A model generated the notes under the pieces. It did no database searches. It was not told the origin of the DNA and saw only the letters and a list, made by a program, of their open reading frames with translations. The position numbers and the translations under genes are program-made. A DNA stretch of 64,000 nucleotides from positions 4,984,310-5,048,309 of the forward strand of contig CAVNZM010000008.1 of the NCBI GenBank assembly GCA_963693365.1, read 5' to 3'. This DNA is from Amoebidium appalachense (lineage: Eukaryota > Protista > Ichthyosporea). Numbering within the stretch: position 1 is the stretch's first letter; each line of letters opens with the position of its first letter. This document shows positions 49,453-62,990 of the stretch, in pieces.

Positions 49453-50494
49453 CCCCCCCCCCCCCAAAAAAAAAGAAAAATCCTCCCCTGTGCGGCCATA
49501 TGTCGCTGTGTCGTCGGCTCCCTCCCCTGTGGGGGCATGCCGTTCATGTGTCGTCGGCTCCCCCGAGCTCGTGGGGGCATGCCGTTTTTTTTATCGACTT
49601 TTTTTCCCCCCGCACGGCACTAATACGGCTCGAGCAGCTATTATTAGCGGAATACAACACGCTGTATGATTGGCGCATCGTGATGCAAACAGCATTTTTT
49701 TTTTTTTTTTTTGATTTCGCAAAATAAATAAATAAATAAATAAATAAAAAAAAAAGTGCACGTGCCGGCCTTTGTTAATATTAGCATATGTGTGCACGTA
49801 TACATGTAGGTGTACATGCTCGAGTGTGTACGCCGCAATGTACACGTGCATATCAGTATTCATGTATGTAGGTGTGAGTTCGATCGAATTCCGCAAAATA
49901 TGTGCTGGTAATCACAATGTGCACGTGCATGTGGGTGCATAGCGTGCTCCAATACCATGTGCAGGCTATTTACGTGTTGTTTTTTTTAATTCCATCCAAT
50001 CATTGTATACGTAAGCCTGAGTCCAGCTCCGGCGCAAATTATAAGCCATAGCTAAATTTAGCTAGAGCCACATACTATCACAGCTATAAATAGCCACATC
50101 GTCATGACTATACACAAAGCCCCTGCCACATGCGTGCACACTAATAGCACAGTGGCAGAAGATTCTTGCACTTATCGCCCACCTTAAAAACTAAAGGAAA
50201 AGAATGGGATAACCACTGTAGTCACACTTCGAGCAAGGAAGGGCCAAAAAAAAAAAAAAAAAAAAAAAAAGAAGAAGAAGAAGAAGAAGGAAAAAAAGGG
50301 CGAGGCGGCGGCGGCGGCGGCGGGGGGGGGGGGGGGGGGGGGGGGGAGGGGGGGGGGGGGAATAAAAAATTACAGAACAAAATTACGCACAAGCACCCCT
50401 CCTACGTCGTCACCTGTGGTGTGGCAGTGGGTGGCTCTGAGTGAGCCACACCTACCAATCCGAGCTGGTGTGCTAATAATAGCAACCAATCACA

Positions 50495-50595
50495 TCATGA
50501 GAGCCGCCGCAACCGCGTAAGTTGGTCGACAGGGGCAGACTTGCGGCCTGTAAGTGCGTCCCATGCAGGCATGCGCACCACAAGCACGGTCGTGT

Positions 50596-50645
<50 letters not shown>

Positions 50646-50933
50646 GTGTCGTGGTGAGCGGCCCCAGGGGGGGGGGGGGGGGGGTTAGAATGTGTCACAG
50701 AGTACAACCGCAAATTCAGGACGAAAGACACAATGCACGCATGGTTAAAGCGGGAACATGCACTGGTAGTACGTATGAAATAAAGTAGAGCCCGTCCATC
50801 GGGCGGGGAGGATCAGTATAACTGAGTCGCATTTGGCAACAGACGCATGCACACACACACAAGAGGGAGAGAGAGAGCGAGCGAGAGAGCGAGAGAGTGA
50901 GAAACACACACACACACACACGCATACGCACAG

Positions 50934-50965
<32 letters not shown>

Positions 50966-51077
50966 CCTGGGTGCCTGCCAGCTCTGCCTCCATGCAGAGT
51001 CTTGCTGCTGCGTCCGTTGGACTTGTCGACTGCTGCACCAACCCTGTGGCCTGTTTTGCATCCATCACATCCCACAG

Positions 51078-51126
<49 letters not shown>

Positions 51127-51257
51127 AGAGAGAGAGGGGGGGGGGGAGGGGGGGGGGGGGGGGGGGAGTTAGAATGTGTTATAGAGACGAAGAACACAGC
51201 AATAACCGACAACACAATGCAGAGTGCAAAGCACACAAGACCATGCAAACAAGCAGT

Positions 51258-51288
<31 letters not shown>

Positions 51289-52114
51289 GGGGGGAGGGGG
51301 GGGGGGGGGAGGGGGGGGCCATGAGATCCCAAGAAATAGCTCAGCGTAACAAGTGGATGTGCCACATGCACCGGGGAGGGGGGGGGGGGGGGGGGGTTTG
51401 AATGCGGAACACGGTACGAAGTGCGCATACACGAACGACAAATGCAAAGGCAAACATTCAAGTATGCAACATCAGCCATGCGCACAGCATGCGTCATAAG
51501 CAGAGCCCATCCTCAGGGAGGGCCCAAGTCATCAATTGCGTCTGAGTTTCGACCCCTTAGCCCGCGTACATACGACTCTCCAACTCAGACAGCAGCATCA
51601 ACTGAACTTGGGAGGGTCAACCCGTCTTGATCAAAGACGAGCAGGGTTGCTTATGCAAGCAAGGTGAGCAAAACGGTGAATGTGTGTGTGCAAACCAATG
51701 CAGTGCAGCGGAAAATGAGTATGTGCTTACAGATGCACGACACAGAGCAACCATGCCCGGTTGCATGGAAGTAAAGCGGTCTTCACACAGTGGTCTGTCC
51801 TGAAAGGACACCTCTGAAAGAAGACTGGGGGGGTTTGAATGCGGAACACGGTACGAAGTACGCATACACGAACGACAAATGCAAAGGCAAACATTCAAGT
51901 ATGCAACATCAGCCATGCGCACAGCATGCGTCATAAGCAGAGCCCATCCTCAGGGAGGGCCCAAGAGGGGGGGGGGGGGGGGGATGTGAAAGCTTAGCAA
52001 ATGATGCAGTTCATCACTTTCTTTGTTTTTCATTTTTCTATTTCATTATCTTTCATTTCTACTCTTGTTTTTTATATTTGTTATTTTAATTATTTTTTAG
52101 GCTTGTGTGCGCTT

Positions 52115-52154
<40 letters not shown>

Positions 52155-52672
52155 ACGCGCATGTGCGTGTGCGTGTGCGTGTGCGTGTGCGTGTGCGTGT
52201 ATGTGTCACGCACCCGTCCGTAGCCATGATCATGAAGCCGTCTTGTGCATGGATCTCACGGTCCATCACCTCGGGCTCTGGTATTACCCCGTACTGCCTG
52301 CACACAGAGCCAAATTTTAATATCAAGCCTTATTATCATCCCGTACTCACTGCACGCACAGTTCACATTTTGAGGTGTTTGTAATGCATGGGCTGGCTAG
52401 TGCCATTGACCTTTAGTTCTAAAGAGCTCGATGCAAATACAACAATCTGCCTGCTACATTGCACAACCCACCCACACACACCCCCCACCCCCCACCCCCA
52501 CCCCCACCCCCACCAACCCACACCCACACACACACACACACACACACACCTCAGGCTGCTGTCTCCGAATGCCCGTGCCACGGTCAGTTTGCCGTTGACT
52601 CTTGGCAGACCCTCACTGTCTTCGTATACCTCCCCTCCACCTGCCCCTCCCAATGAGCACCCTTCCTTCATC

Positions 52673-52719
<47 letters not shown>

Positions 52720-55449
52720 ACCACACACACACCACCACCCCTCCCCCCACCCGCCGACCCCGGCCCCAACCACCCACCCACACCCACGCACCCACGCACC
52801 CACACCCACACCCACGCACACACTCCCAAGAATAAAAGTCGCCGCCATTCCAATAATCACAACCCATGCACCCATGCCACACGAGACGCCTCTCCTTTAA
52901 AGGATGCAGCTGTGTTCTGTGGCTTTCGGTCTAGAAACTGTACAGGAGTACGTGTATTCGGCTGGGTGGAGAGGGAAGGGGGGAGGAGGGGAGGGGGGGG
53001 GGGGGGGGGTTTTGAATGCGGAAAACGGTACGAAGTACGCATACACGACGAGAAGCATGGTGCAGGACACATGCAAAGGCAAACATTCAAGTATGCAACA
53101 TCAGCCATGTGCACAGTATGCGTCATAAGCAGAGCCCATCCTCAGGGAGGACCCAAGTCATCAATTGCGTCTGAGTTTCGACCCCTTAGCCCGCGTATAT
53201 ACGACGCTCCAACTCAGACAGCAGCATCAACTGAACTTGGGCGGGTCAACCCGTCTTGATCAAAGACGATCAGGGTTGCTTATGCAAGCAATGTGAGCAA
53301 AACGGTGCAGATGTGTGTGCAAACTAATGCAGTGCAGCGAAAAATGCGTATGTGCTTACAGATGCACGACACAGAGCAACCATGCCCGGTTGCATGGAAG
53401 TAAAGGGGGGGGGGGGGGGGGGGGGGGGGGGAGCACACATTACAGGACATATTGATTTGTTTTTGGAGGGGCGCGGAGGGGGGGGGGGGTTTTGAATGCG
53501 GAACACGGTACAAAGTACGCATACACGACGAGAAGCATGGTGCAGGACACATGCAAAGGCAAACATTCAAGTATGCAACATCAGCCATGTGCACAGTATG
53601 CGTCATAAGCAGAGCCCATCCTCAGGGAGGACCCAAGTCATCAATTGCGTCTGAGTTTCGACCCCTTAGCCCGCGTATATACGACACTCCAACTCAGACA
53701 GCAGCATCAACTGAGCTTGGGCGGGTCAACCCGTCTTGATCAAAGACGAGCAGGGTTGCTTATGCAAGCAAGGTGAGCAAAACGGTGAAGATGTGTGTGC
53801 AAACTAATGCAGTGCAGCGAAAAATGTGTATGTGCTTACAGATGCACGACACAGAGCAACCATGCCCGGTTGCATGGAAGTAAAGCGGTCTCCACACAGT
53901 GGTCTGTCCTGAAAGGACACCTCCGAAAGAAGACTGGGGGGGTTTTGAATGCGGAACACGGTACAAAGTACGCATACACGACGAGAAGCATGGTGCAGGA
54001 CACATGCAAAGGCAAACATTCAAGTATGCAACATCAGCCATGTGCACAGTATGCGTCATAAGCAGAGCCCATCCTCAGGGAGGACCCAAGTCATCAATTG
54101 CGTCTGAGTTTCGACCCCTTAGCCCGCGTATATACGACACTCCAACTCAGACAGCAGCATCAACTGAGCTTGGGCGGGTCAACCCGTCTTGATCAAAGAC
54201 GAGCAGGGTTGCTTATGCAAGCAAGGTGAGCAAAACGGTGAAGATGTGTGTGCAAACTAATGCAGTGCAGCGAAAAATGTGTATGTGCTTACAGATGCAC
54301 GACACAGAGCAACCATGCCCGGTTGCATGGAAGTAAAGCGGTCTCCACACAGTGGTCTGTCCTGAAAGGACACCTCTGAAAGAAGACTGGGGGGGTTTTG
54401 AATGCGGAACACGGTACAAAGTACGCATACACGACGAGAAGCATGGTGCAGGACACATGCAAAGGCAAACATTCAAGTATGCAACATCAGCCATGTGCAC
54501 AGTATGCGTCATAAGCAGAGCCCATCCTCAGGGAGGACCCAAGTCATCAATTGCGTCTGAGTTTCGACCCCTTAGCCCGCGTATATACGACACTCCAACT
54601 CAGACAGCAGCATCAACTGAGCTTGGGCGGGTCAACCCGTCTTGATCAAAGACGAGCAGGGTTGCTTATGCAAGCAAGGTGAGCAAAACGGTGAAGATGT
54701 GTGTGCAAACTAATGCAGTGCAGCGAAAAATGTGTATGTGCTTACAGATGCACGACACAGAGCAACCATGCCCGGTTGCATGGAAGTAAAGCGGTCTCCA
54801 CACAGTGGTCTGTCCTGAAAGGACACCTCTGAAAGAAGACTGGGGGGGTTTTGAATGCGGAACACGGTACAAAGTACGCATACAACGCGGAGGGGGGGGG
54901 GGGAGGTGAAGAATACATACATGTCTTGACATGATGGTGGGAGGGGGAGGGGGAGGGGGGGCAGCACATATTACAGGAAACATTAACTGCCGGGGGGAGG
55001 GAGGGGGGGGGGGGGGCATATAACACTTCAAGACACATCCGATTGGGGGGAGAAAGGGAGGGCGAGAAGGGGAGGGAGAAGGGGGGGGGGGGGGGGGGGG
55101 GGGGGGTGGCATACATCTTAGCACACGTGCGCGCTCATTTCCATTGAGGAGGGTGTGGGGGTTGTTGAGCCACTCTGAACCCTCTGCACCCACAAACAGT
55201 GCCCGGCAGTCACCAACGTGTGCCAAGGCAAGGTCGTGACTGCCCTGTAAAGGAAATAAATGGGTTGGTATGGGGGTTGGGGTGGTTCAGGGTGTAGCAC
55301 AGTGTGGGGGTAATAATGATCAACGAGGACATCAAGGCACAACCCGCAGTGTGTGTGTGTGTGTGTGTGTGTTGGTGGTGGGTGGGTGGTTTTTTCCTTA
55401 TTTCTTTTTTCTTTTTCTTGTTCTTTTTTTTTTCTTTTTTTTTTCTTTT

Positions 55450-55490
<41 letters not shown>

Positions 55491-55716
55491 CATATCAGTC
55501 AGGAAAAGAGAGTGCTACAGTCGGGTGTGTGGCTGCAATGTGTCTGGCATGCTATTGCCTCCCCTTGCCTCAACCACACACCAACGTCAACACCACACAA
55601 ACAAACTCCATCCCTTCCTTCCCCCCTCCCCCTGGCAAACACATCCCAAATCCATTCCCCCACAGCCACACACGTACACAAACACCCCCCCCCCCCCCCC
55701 GGGGCTCCCCCCCCAA

Positions 55717-55775
<59 letters not shown>

Positions 55776-56362
55776 TACACAACCACACTTGTCACAAAAC
55801 CAGCATCACACAACCACGCACAACCCATTAGTCCCCCCTTTGCACCCCCCAAATGGGCACATACCCTGACAAGTGCCACCAACGCTGTTGTGCCGCAACG
55901 AATCTCCTGACTGTGGACATGAGTTAGCAGCCCACCCATATCACCATAAGCACCGCCACCACCACCACATCAAAACCACTGCCACCCCCCAAACACCATC
56001 ACCACCACGTGCACACATACGTACACGGAGGCAAAACCAAACCTGGACTGCAAGTGCACATCACAAATGGACCCCCCCCCCCCCCCCCCCCCCCCACCCA
56101 CCCCCCACCAAACACACACACACACTCGCCCCACCCACTTACCCATCCACCACCATCAACCCCCCCCCCCCCCCCCCCCCCCCTCGTTCCCACCTTTCCC
56201 TCCAAAAGAACAGGGAAGAAAAAAAAAGAAAAAAAAAAGAAAAAAAACCACAGCCACCTGTCCTTGGTCTGATCTGTGCCACTTGCATGCCACACATTTC
56301 CTTGCGTTCTGCCCAATTTACACACACATGCACCCCTCCCCCCTCCCCCCTCCCCCCCCCCC

Positions 56363-56415
<53 letters not shown>

Positions 56416-57038
56416 TCTTCATCCCTCCCCTTCGTCCTCTCTTCCCACCATATCTAACCCTAAACCCAATCCGACACAGACAGACACACAAAAAAAGCAA
56501 CACAACATTACAGGGACAATGGGTTCGAACACAGAGCCACGTACGGGGTGTCCAAACTAGCTGCTATAAAGACATCCAGCTCCCACGATGTCGAATGGAA
56601 ACCCTTCCGTAGCACTTCGCAAAGGTCCGCATCGTGTTCATCAACACCCTGTAGGTGCTGTGCAAGAAGTATAAGCACAGTGCACGAGGTACCTAAACAG
56701 TGATAGTGCAAGAGGTACCTAAACAGTCATAGTGCAAGAGGTACCTAAACAGTGATAGTGCAAGAGGTATAAATTAACTGCCAGACGTACATAAACATTG
56801 ACAGTGCAAGAGGCAACTAAATAGTGACAGAAATACAGTGCCAGTCTAGGAAGTACCAACACAAAGCCGGTGCAAAAAATACACTGCATGTGTTCAACGT
56901 GGGGGGGGGGGGGGGGGGGGGGGGAGGGGGTGAGGGGGGGGGGGGGGGGGGGGGGGGTGGGGGTGACGGGGGTGGGAGCCTAATGATGATGGATTTGGAT
57001 GGATGCAGAGGGCAGACAGCGAGGTGGAGATGATTTGT

Positions 57039-57069
<31 letters not shown>

Positions 57070-57352
57070 GGGGGGGAGCATGTTTGTGCATGTGTGTGTG
57101 CATGTGTGTGTGTGTGTGTGTGTGTTTGCACGTGCCAATACCTGGTGCAGGTAGTAATGCATGCGTGCCGCCACAAAGTCCGCACATCTTGACCCCCCGT
57201 GCCCATCGTACAGCCCTATGTACCACTATGGTAGCCACCAGGTCAGTGTGTGTGCATTCTCCCCACTGAGAAGCGCCACCCCCCCTCCCCCCCCCCCCCC
57301 CCCCTTCGTCACCCTCCCCTCCCCCCTTCCCCCAACCCCACCCATCCATTCT

Positions 57353-57406
<54 letters not shown>

Positions 57407-57860
57407 ACACACACACACACACACACCAACCCATCCCTCGCCCTCCCCAACCTGTCTCCCCCCCCCCTGTCTCAGTCCCCCCCTCACCACGTCTCAACCT
57501 CCCCCCCCCCCCCCCAAAAAAAAAAAAAATAACCCCCTCAAGAAAACTACACTATGCCAAAACTAGGCCATATCCCTTCTCTGCCCGTAATATTCCCCCC
57601 CCCCCCCCCCCCAAATCCCCCTCCCTCCCCCCCATCCCCCCCCCCCCCACCACCCAAAAAAAAAGGTGTCCCCCTCCCCTAAATGCAAGTGCCTGCATCC
57701 AAGCCTGAGTACGCCATCTCTGCCTCTTACCAACGGTTGTTATTGAAGTAGTTGAATGGGCCTTTGTTATCAGTGAGAATGCATCGTCCTGGGATAAAAT
57801 GATTTTTTTTCCATTACTTTTGCAGGGGTGTGTGTGTGTTTGGTGGTGGTGGTGGTGGTT

Positions 57861-57902
<42 letters not shown>

Positions 57903-58571
57903 ATAGCAGCACCACCAAAGACCACAGCTCAAGACAGAGCGAGCAATGCCAACCTAGACTCTTCGTCCTGGGCCCAAAATGTGTAGCAGTGGGGTTCGAA
58001 TATCTACAACAAAGGCAATAAGACAATAAAGGGACACTACGGTGCACATAAGGGCTACATACTGTGGGAGGGATGTATGGTGCTTATTGGGGGGGGGGGG
58101 GGGGGGGGGGGGGAGGTGGGGGGGGGGGGGGGGGGGGGAGGGGGGGGGAGAGGGGGGGGAGGAAGGGATACACACTATGGACGAGTAGTGTGGTGCACCT
58201 GCGGGGGGTTGGGCGGGGGGGGGGGGGGGGGGGTACGTACTATGGAGGGGCTGAGCTGTGCTATGCGGTACCTGTCCTCGTTGTAGGGCCGCATGCCCCG
58301 CAGACTGCGGGCCCCTACATGGCCTGCCGTGTAGTCCGCTGGGAACGTGCGGGGGTACGGCTGGTTGCTGTTGACGTACCACTGTGCACACATGTTGGCC
58401 GGTACTCTCCCACCCTCTTCCCCCTCCCAAAAAAAAAGCACACTATCTTCCCCATCCCCTCCCCCCCCCCCCCCCCCCCACACACATACGGTACGTGTGC
58501 GCCCAGGCATACACAACCCCACACACATACGCACACGCACACGCACACACACGCAAAGGCACATACATACA

Positions 58572-58608
<37 letters not shown>

Positions 58609-59053
58609 TAGCACACACAGGCACACTACAGACGCCCCATGACTTGCAGCGATCCCCCCTACCCCTTCCACCCCACCCCTTGTACCCTTTGTACCCTGGG
58701 CCCATGTTAGATCTCTCTCAAGCCGCACACACAACTCCTGCCCCTCACAACCAGCTGGGTCCTCCAGCGCCCAGTATGATAATAATATTGACCTTTTTTC
58801 CCCGAAAACACACACACTCAATGCAAGACCCTGCATCTTCTCTTTGTCCTGCTAGAAATTAGCAGCTCAACCTCCCCCCCCCCCGCCTCCCCCCCCCCCC
58901 CCCCCCCCCCCCCGGGGGCACCGCCCCCAGCTCCGCCTCCCCTTCCCCTGCTTCCTTACCCCCCCCCCCCCCCCCCCCCCCCCGCCGCCACACCCCTCCC
59001 CCCACACCCACACTGTCCATCCATTCTACCAACCCACGCAAATCACCCACACC

Positions 59054-59146
<93 letters not shown>

Positions 59147-59311
59147 CACACACACCTTCTTCTGCTGCTGGCCATCACTAGTGTCGTGCGTAAGCCTTGC
59201 TGCAGCCACGGAATATCTGCGCAAGAAGGGCTCGGCCAGTGCGCGTGCGAGGGGGCGTGCGGCAGACACGTGACTGCTGGGCAGGCGCCGCAAAAGCGCC
59301 GCCGCCAGCAT
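50495..59311 (-). CDS. PPM1K: Mitochondrial PP2C/PPM-family phosphatase (PPM1K/PP2Cm-like), about 11 exons
   Basis: Arg/Ala/Leu-rich presequence MLAAALLRRLPSS (59311); GMRPYNEDR (~58280); LYDGHGGSRCADF (~57200); CGTTALVALVR (~55890); AHVGDCRA (~55210); PRVNGKLTVARAFGD (~52580); GVIPEPE..FMIMATDGLWDVM; GTQDNTTVLVV..AW; stop 50495. Confidence 0.88.
51396..51965 (-). mobile_element. About 1.3 tandem copies (437-bp period) of the structured repeat in a PPM1K intron
   Basis: Near-identical to the 53-54.9 kb units apart from a small deletion. Bounded by G-runs. Further short remnants lie at ~50683-50745 and ~51168-51250. Confidence 0.9.
53010..54883 (-). mobile_element. Tandem array (~4.1 units, 453-bp period; first unit 480 bp) of a structured non-coding repeat, candidate retrozyme-like element
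   Basis: The marker agagcccatcctcagggagg recurs at 53131, 53611, 54064 and 54517. Units are nearly identical and contain several hairpins. Confidence 0.92.
54064..54153 (-). ncRNA. Candidate non-circularly permuted hammerhead ribozyme (also at ~51502, 53131, 53611, 54517)
   Basis: The - strand reads tGTCTGAG-TT-GGAGtgtc...AGGGGTC-GAAA-CTCAGACg...gggtcCTCC-CTGAGGA-t-GGGCTCT. The full core (CUGANGA, GAAA, UH) is present with stems I, II and III pairable in register. Stem II has one G-G mismatch. Activity is untested. Confidence 0.5.
56680..56770. repeat. 26-bp tandem repeat x3 (gtgcaagaggtacctaaacagtgata) near a PPM1K acceptor
   Basis: Three direct copies plus a degenerate one at ~56800. Confidence 0.85.
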
Positions 59312-59828
59312 ATTCCGCCCCCAACCCCCAAAGGTGCACTCAACACACCTCTGTGGATGGTTGTGCGAACGTACGAAGGGCTTAGGAGCCTGATCTATGT
59401 GTGAAAAGCAAAGAGGGTCAAGAACTGTGTGTAACCTGTATGCGTGCGGTCGATATTCAAAGGGGTAATGGGAGTATATGGTTGACACTGCAAGCGCAGC
59501 CAAGCCTGTCAGGGAAAACTAAAGGCGATCACTCCACCAGATTAGAACTTGAAACGAAACCGCTGCAAAAGATTTCTTATGTGGTGCAGCATTAGCTGTG
59601 CATGTGCAGTATATGTGGTGACACGGCGTAAGCTAGACTTGTAGATTCGCTCAAGCTAAATAAGAGAGGTGCATGTGTTCAGATTTGACACTTCAACATG
59701 AAACATGAAAACGAAAAAACTTCGGGGTGGGTCTCTGTGGAAAAGGCACTGCAAAGTTGTTCGAGTCAAAGAACACAGAAAAGCACGCGCACAGAGCACA
59801 CAACACGCTGCACGCACGAAAAAAGCTG

Positions 59829-59892
59829 GCCAATCGAACACGCACGAATTTCCTATTGGCTGCTCATCGCGTCACAGGCGTTCCTATTGGCT
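59829..59892. promoter_or_regulatory. CCAAT-box cluster upstream of PPM1K
   Basis: gccaatc at ~59829 and ttcctattggct duplicated at 59850 and 59881, about 520-580 bp upstream of the ATG. Confidence 0.4.
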
Positions 59893-61714
59893 TACCTAAC
59901 AATGCACATTTCAAACCCTGTGACTTCCGCATTCACCCACGCACACTGTCACATGAGTCATGTCTGCCGCAGTGCCGGCCGGCGGCCGCAGGACACGTAG
60001 GGGGCCCCCCGGCAGATTCGGCCTTCTTCCACAACCGGGCCGTTTGGTTGGCTGGCGCGGGGCCGGGGTTACGTAAGGCGGTGGGGTCGGGGGGGCCAGA
60101 CCACGATATGGCGTAGGGCTACCTTTCGTAAAAACGGTTTTTTGCAGTTTCCTTATATGGCTAATCTGATCGAACCGGATTCGATCTGGACCAATCATAA
60201 ATACCCCTTGGCAGAGTTTTAAAAAGTGTGTAAACCCCCTCTCGTTACGATCCCTACGTGTATGGTGCCACGGTGCGTTGTACATGCCTCACCCTCAAAG
60301 TCTGTCACATTGGCCACATATCATACACTCATGGCACCATGCTCTGCACATACTTTTTCACCAACGCCTCCTAAATAGCACACCTATTTAGGAGGCCTTG
60401 CACATCACAAGTCATGTGATCACGTTTGGAAACCACACCAGACGTACAGCCTGACCTGACGCTTGCACTGTGCCTGTGGCTTTGGGGGCCTTGTAAAGCA
60501 TGTATGATTTGGGCGAATTAAAAGGCAGCACTGTCGAATAACTTTACTTCCAGAGGCACAGGCCTCGCGTGACCGTTCAACAGTCACTGTATGCCGCATG
60601 CATCGATGTTTCCTGTTTGCCGCGTGGCACGTTACTAACTCGTGCAGTTGCAACTGGTGCAACGAAGGAAACGGGAAAGTTTCCCTTAGTCTCCACATGT
60701 AATACATTACATGACGTTGTGCCTTGCGATCGTGCTGGGGGTCGCGCCGGTACACAAATTTACAAGCAAGGGAGTAGATTTAAAGTGGCACTCCGTGAAA
60801 CCGGCATTGCATGCGCAGAGGGCTGGCAGGTGTAACACAGTGCACACAAAACGTTAGCACTCTCATCCAATACACGTTATCAGATTTGCATTCCCTGGCA
60901 TCACATCCCACCAGTTGTTTTTTCCCCGCCAAACTTAACACTCAGGGACCGTTGCAAGTTGCCAACTATTGAAGAGTTTCACATGCATGGTCTTACCTGC
61001 CTACACCCTCGGCCCGGATCCACGTGGTTCCATTAAGAGTCACCCCCAAATAAAAGAGAAAAAAAAAAACTTCCGGGTCCCTGCCCCTGCACAGTCTGGC
61101 CAACCTTTGTTCCATTTTACGGTCAAGTTGCCCTTCCGCCCTTCCCCCCCCCCCCCCCACACACATCCATGCCAATATTCCCGGCCCCATGGCAAAATGT
61201 TGCCCACCGTAGTTCCAATGCGCCTTATCACCTTGCCCGCACAACGGCCCCCGTACTCAGCCTACAAACCTGTGGTAACAACTTACACCATCATTCGCCA
61301 TTGAAGGGTCCTTTAGAAGCGATATTCATTCTGCAGCAGGCCCAGTGTGCCATTGTCGCCTTCGGGGAAGCTGGCATATATGCGTGTATGTATTTCTTGA
61401 GAGGCCTTTGGGTGTACATATGCAGCACCCAACCCCCAGCAGGCCACCACCTCGGCAGGCACATCCACGGTATTGCGTGACACACGTGTAAGCGAGTCAC
61501 CCAACCAAAGGTCCCTCCCTCACACTTGTTCCCTACAAACCCTTCCGCTCTCAAAGCACACACACCAGCCACGCATAACCTTATGCGAGCACAGACGCAC
61601 ACACACGGCCCTCACCCGCACATGCACGCAGCGAGACCAGGGTTCTAAGTGCCGAGCAGGCAGAGCCACACGGTGGTCGCCAGCTGGCCGTGGTACTAAA
61701 ATTAGTACCAACGT

Positions 61715-62315
61715 TTACTTCTTGGCCTTGAGGAACCGCTTGACGATCTTCTGCTCCTCAATGAGGAACGCACGCACGATCCTGCACACACCATTTCAGT
61801 TAGGCACAGCAAGAAAATGGCATTTCTCGAGGCAAAAAAAGCCTCATGACCCGCGGCCATTCCCCGACTCACGTGCACAATCCCACCCAGACCCCTCGTC
61901 ACTGTGTTTACCTTTCGTTTCACTGCCAACCAATCCCTTGTACTTCGAATGCCCTCATCCCGAAAAGCACACTTCAATCATACCCCCCCAGGCCTCCCCT
62001 TTGTGCCCCATGCCCCGAATACTACCGAACTCCAACCCTTCACTTTCATCATTCCTAATCTAACCCCTTGCTTATATATTGATCTTATGCCACACTGTCA
62101 ACACCTATCACATCTACCCCAAACTGTTCCCCACGTCCTTTTCCCCCAAACACACCTGATTCTCTTCGGCTGTACCCGTTAGGATGCCATGACTCAGCCC
62201 CCCCCCCCCCCCCCTATTTCTAACTATTACACCACAAGAGCAGAAGGAGAAAAAGTCCGCACATCTGCGCACCTTCCCTTACAGCACCAACTCCCCAGCA
62301 CTGGTGCTTACTCCC

Positions 62316-62348
<33 letters not shown>

Positions 62349-62990
62349 ACCCCAAAAGCTCACCCGTACAGCCGTGAAAGAGAGCATCACAATCAACACA
62401 AAATCCCGTGCCCCCCCCCCCCCCCCCCCTTTTTTTGTTGACATGCTAGTGAGCTAGTGTGTATGCGGCCAATGTAGCCGTACACGAGATGCACCCACTT
62501 CCTGGTGTTCCTCTATACCCGCCCGGTGCATCCCGGTGCCTGTGTGCAGCCAACGGGGTGTGGTGCAGCCAAAGTAGTGCACATATGTGGTGGCTTGAAA
62601 GAGCACGGTGATGCTTGTGCATGTGAGCAGCTGCATGCATACGTCGGCGGGCACGCGCACGTGTACTCGTAGGAGTGTGTGTCCCGATGTGTGCTTGAAA
62701 GTGTCCACAAGCTTGCATGTGCCCGTGTGTACAGTGACAGGCCGTGTGCACATGTCTCGTGTGTGTGCACGTGTCTGCTGAGCTGCACTTGCCTCTCCTT
62801 GACGCAGTGACCGCAGCGGGAGCCGCCATAGGCGCGAGTGATGTTCTTGCGCGTCTTTGAGATGGTGGCCAGCTGCTTGGGGCGCAGGGCCGGCACACCC
62901 TGCAGGTGGCTGCCGCAGTCGCCGCACTTGGGCCGGGACCCAGCCTTCTTCACGTACAGGTACGTGAGCTTGCCACCCGGGGTCTTGACG
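61715..62990 (-). CDS. RPL34: 60S ribosomal protein eL34, last two exons (first exon not found, probably beyond the window)
   Basis: Exon 62990-62793 encodes VKTPGGKLTYLYVKK..PKCGDCG..LQGVPALRP..RAYGGSRCGHCVKE. Exon 61781-61715 encodes RIVRAFLIEEQKIVKRFLKAKK*. The intron between them is GC-AG. Confidence 0.96.

Noticed and set aside
54034-54097. Box C/D snoRNA reading of the repeat (TTGATGA..CTGA..CTGA on -)
   Set aside because: The C box is imperfect, and the C and D boxes are not kept in the diverged copies, whereas the hammerhead-like core is.
54064-54185. Canonical type II hammerhead or HDV-like fold (GGCUAAGGG) in the repeat
   Set aside because: Type II leaves no room for stem I between GUC and CUGA, and that GUC is GCC in some copies. 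No P1/P3/L3 elements for an HDV fold.
53452-54645. Repeated ~95-aa ORFs in the 453-bp units
   Set aside because: No recognisable domain, starts vary between copies, and the diverged copies do not keep the frame.
60100-60122. 5S rRNA-like start (ccctacgccatatc) on -
   Set aside because: Similarity does not extend, and there are no internal A/C boxes.
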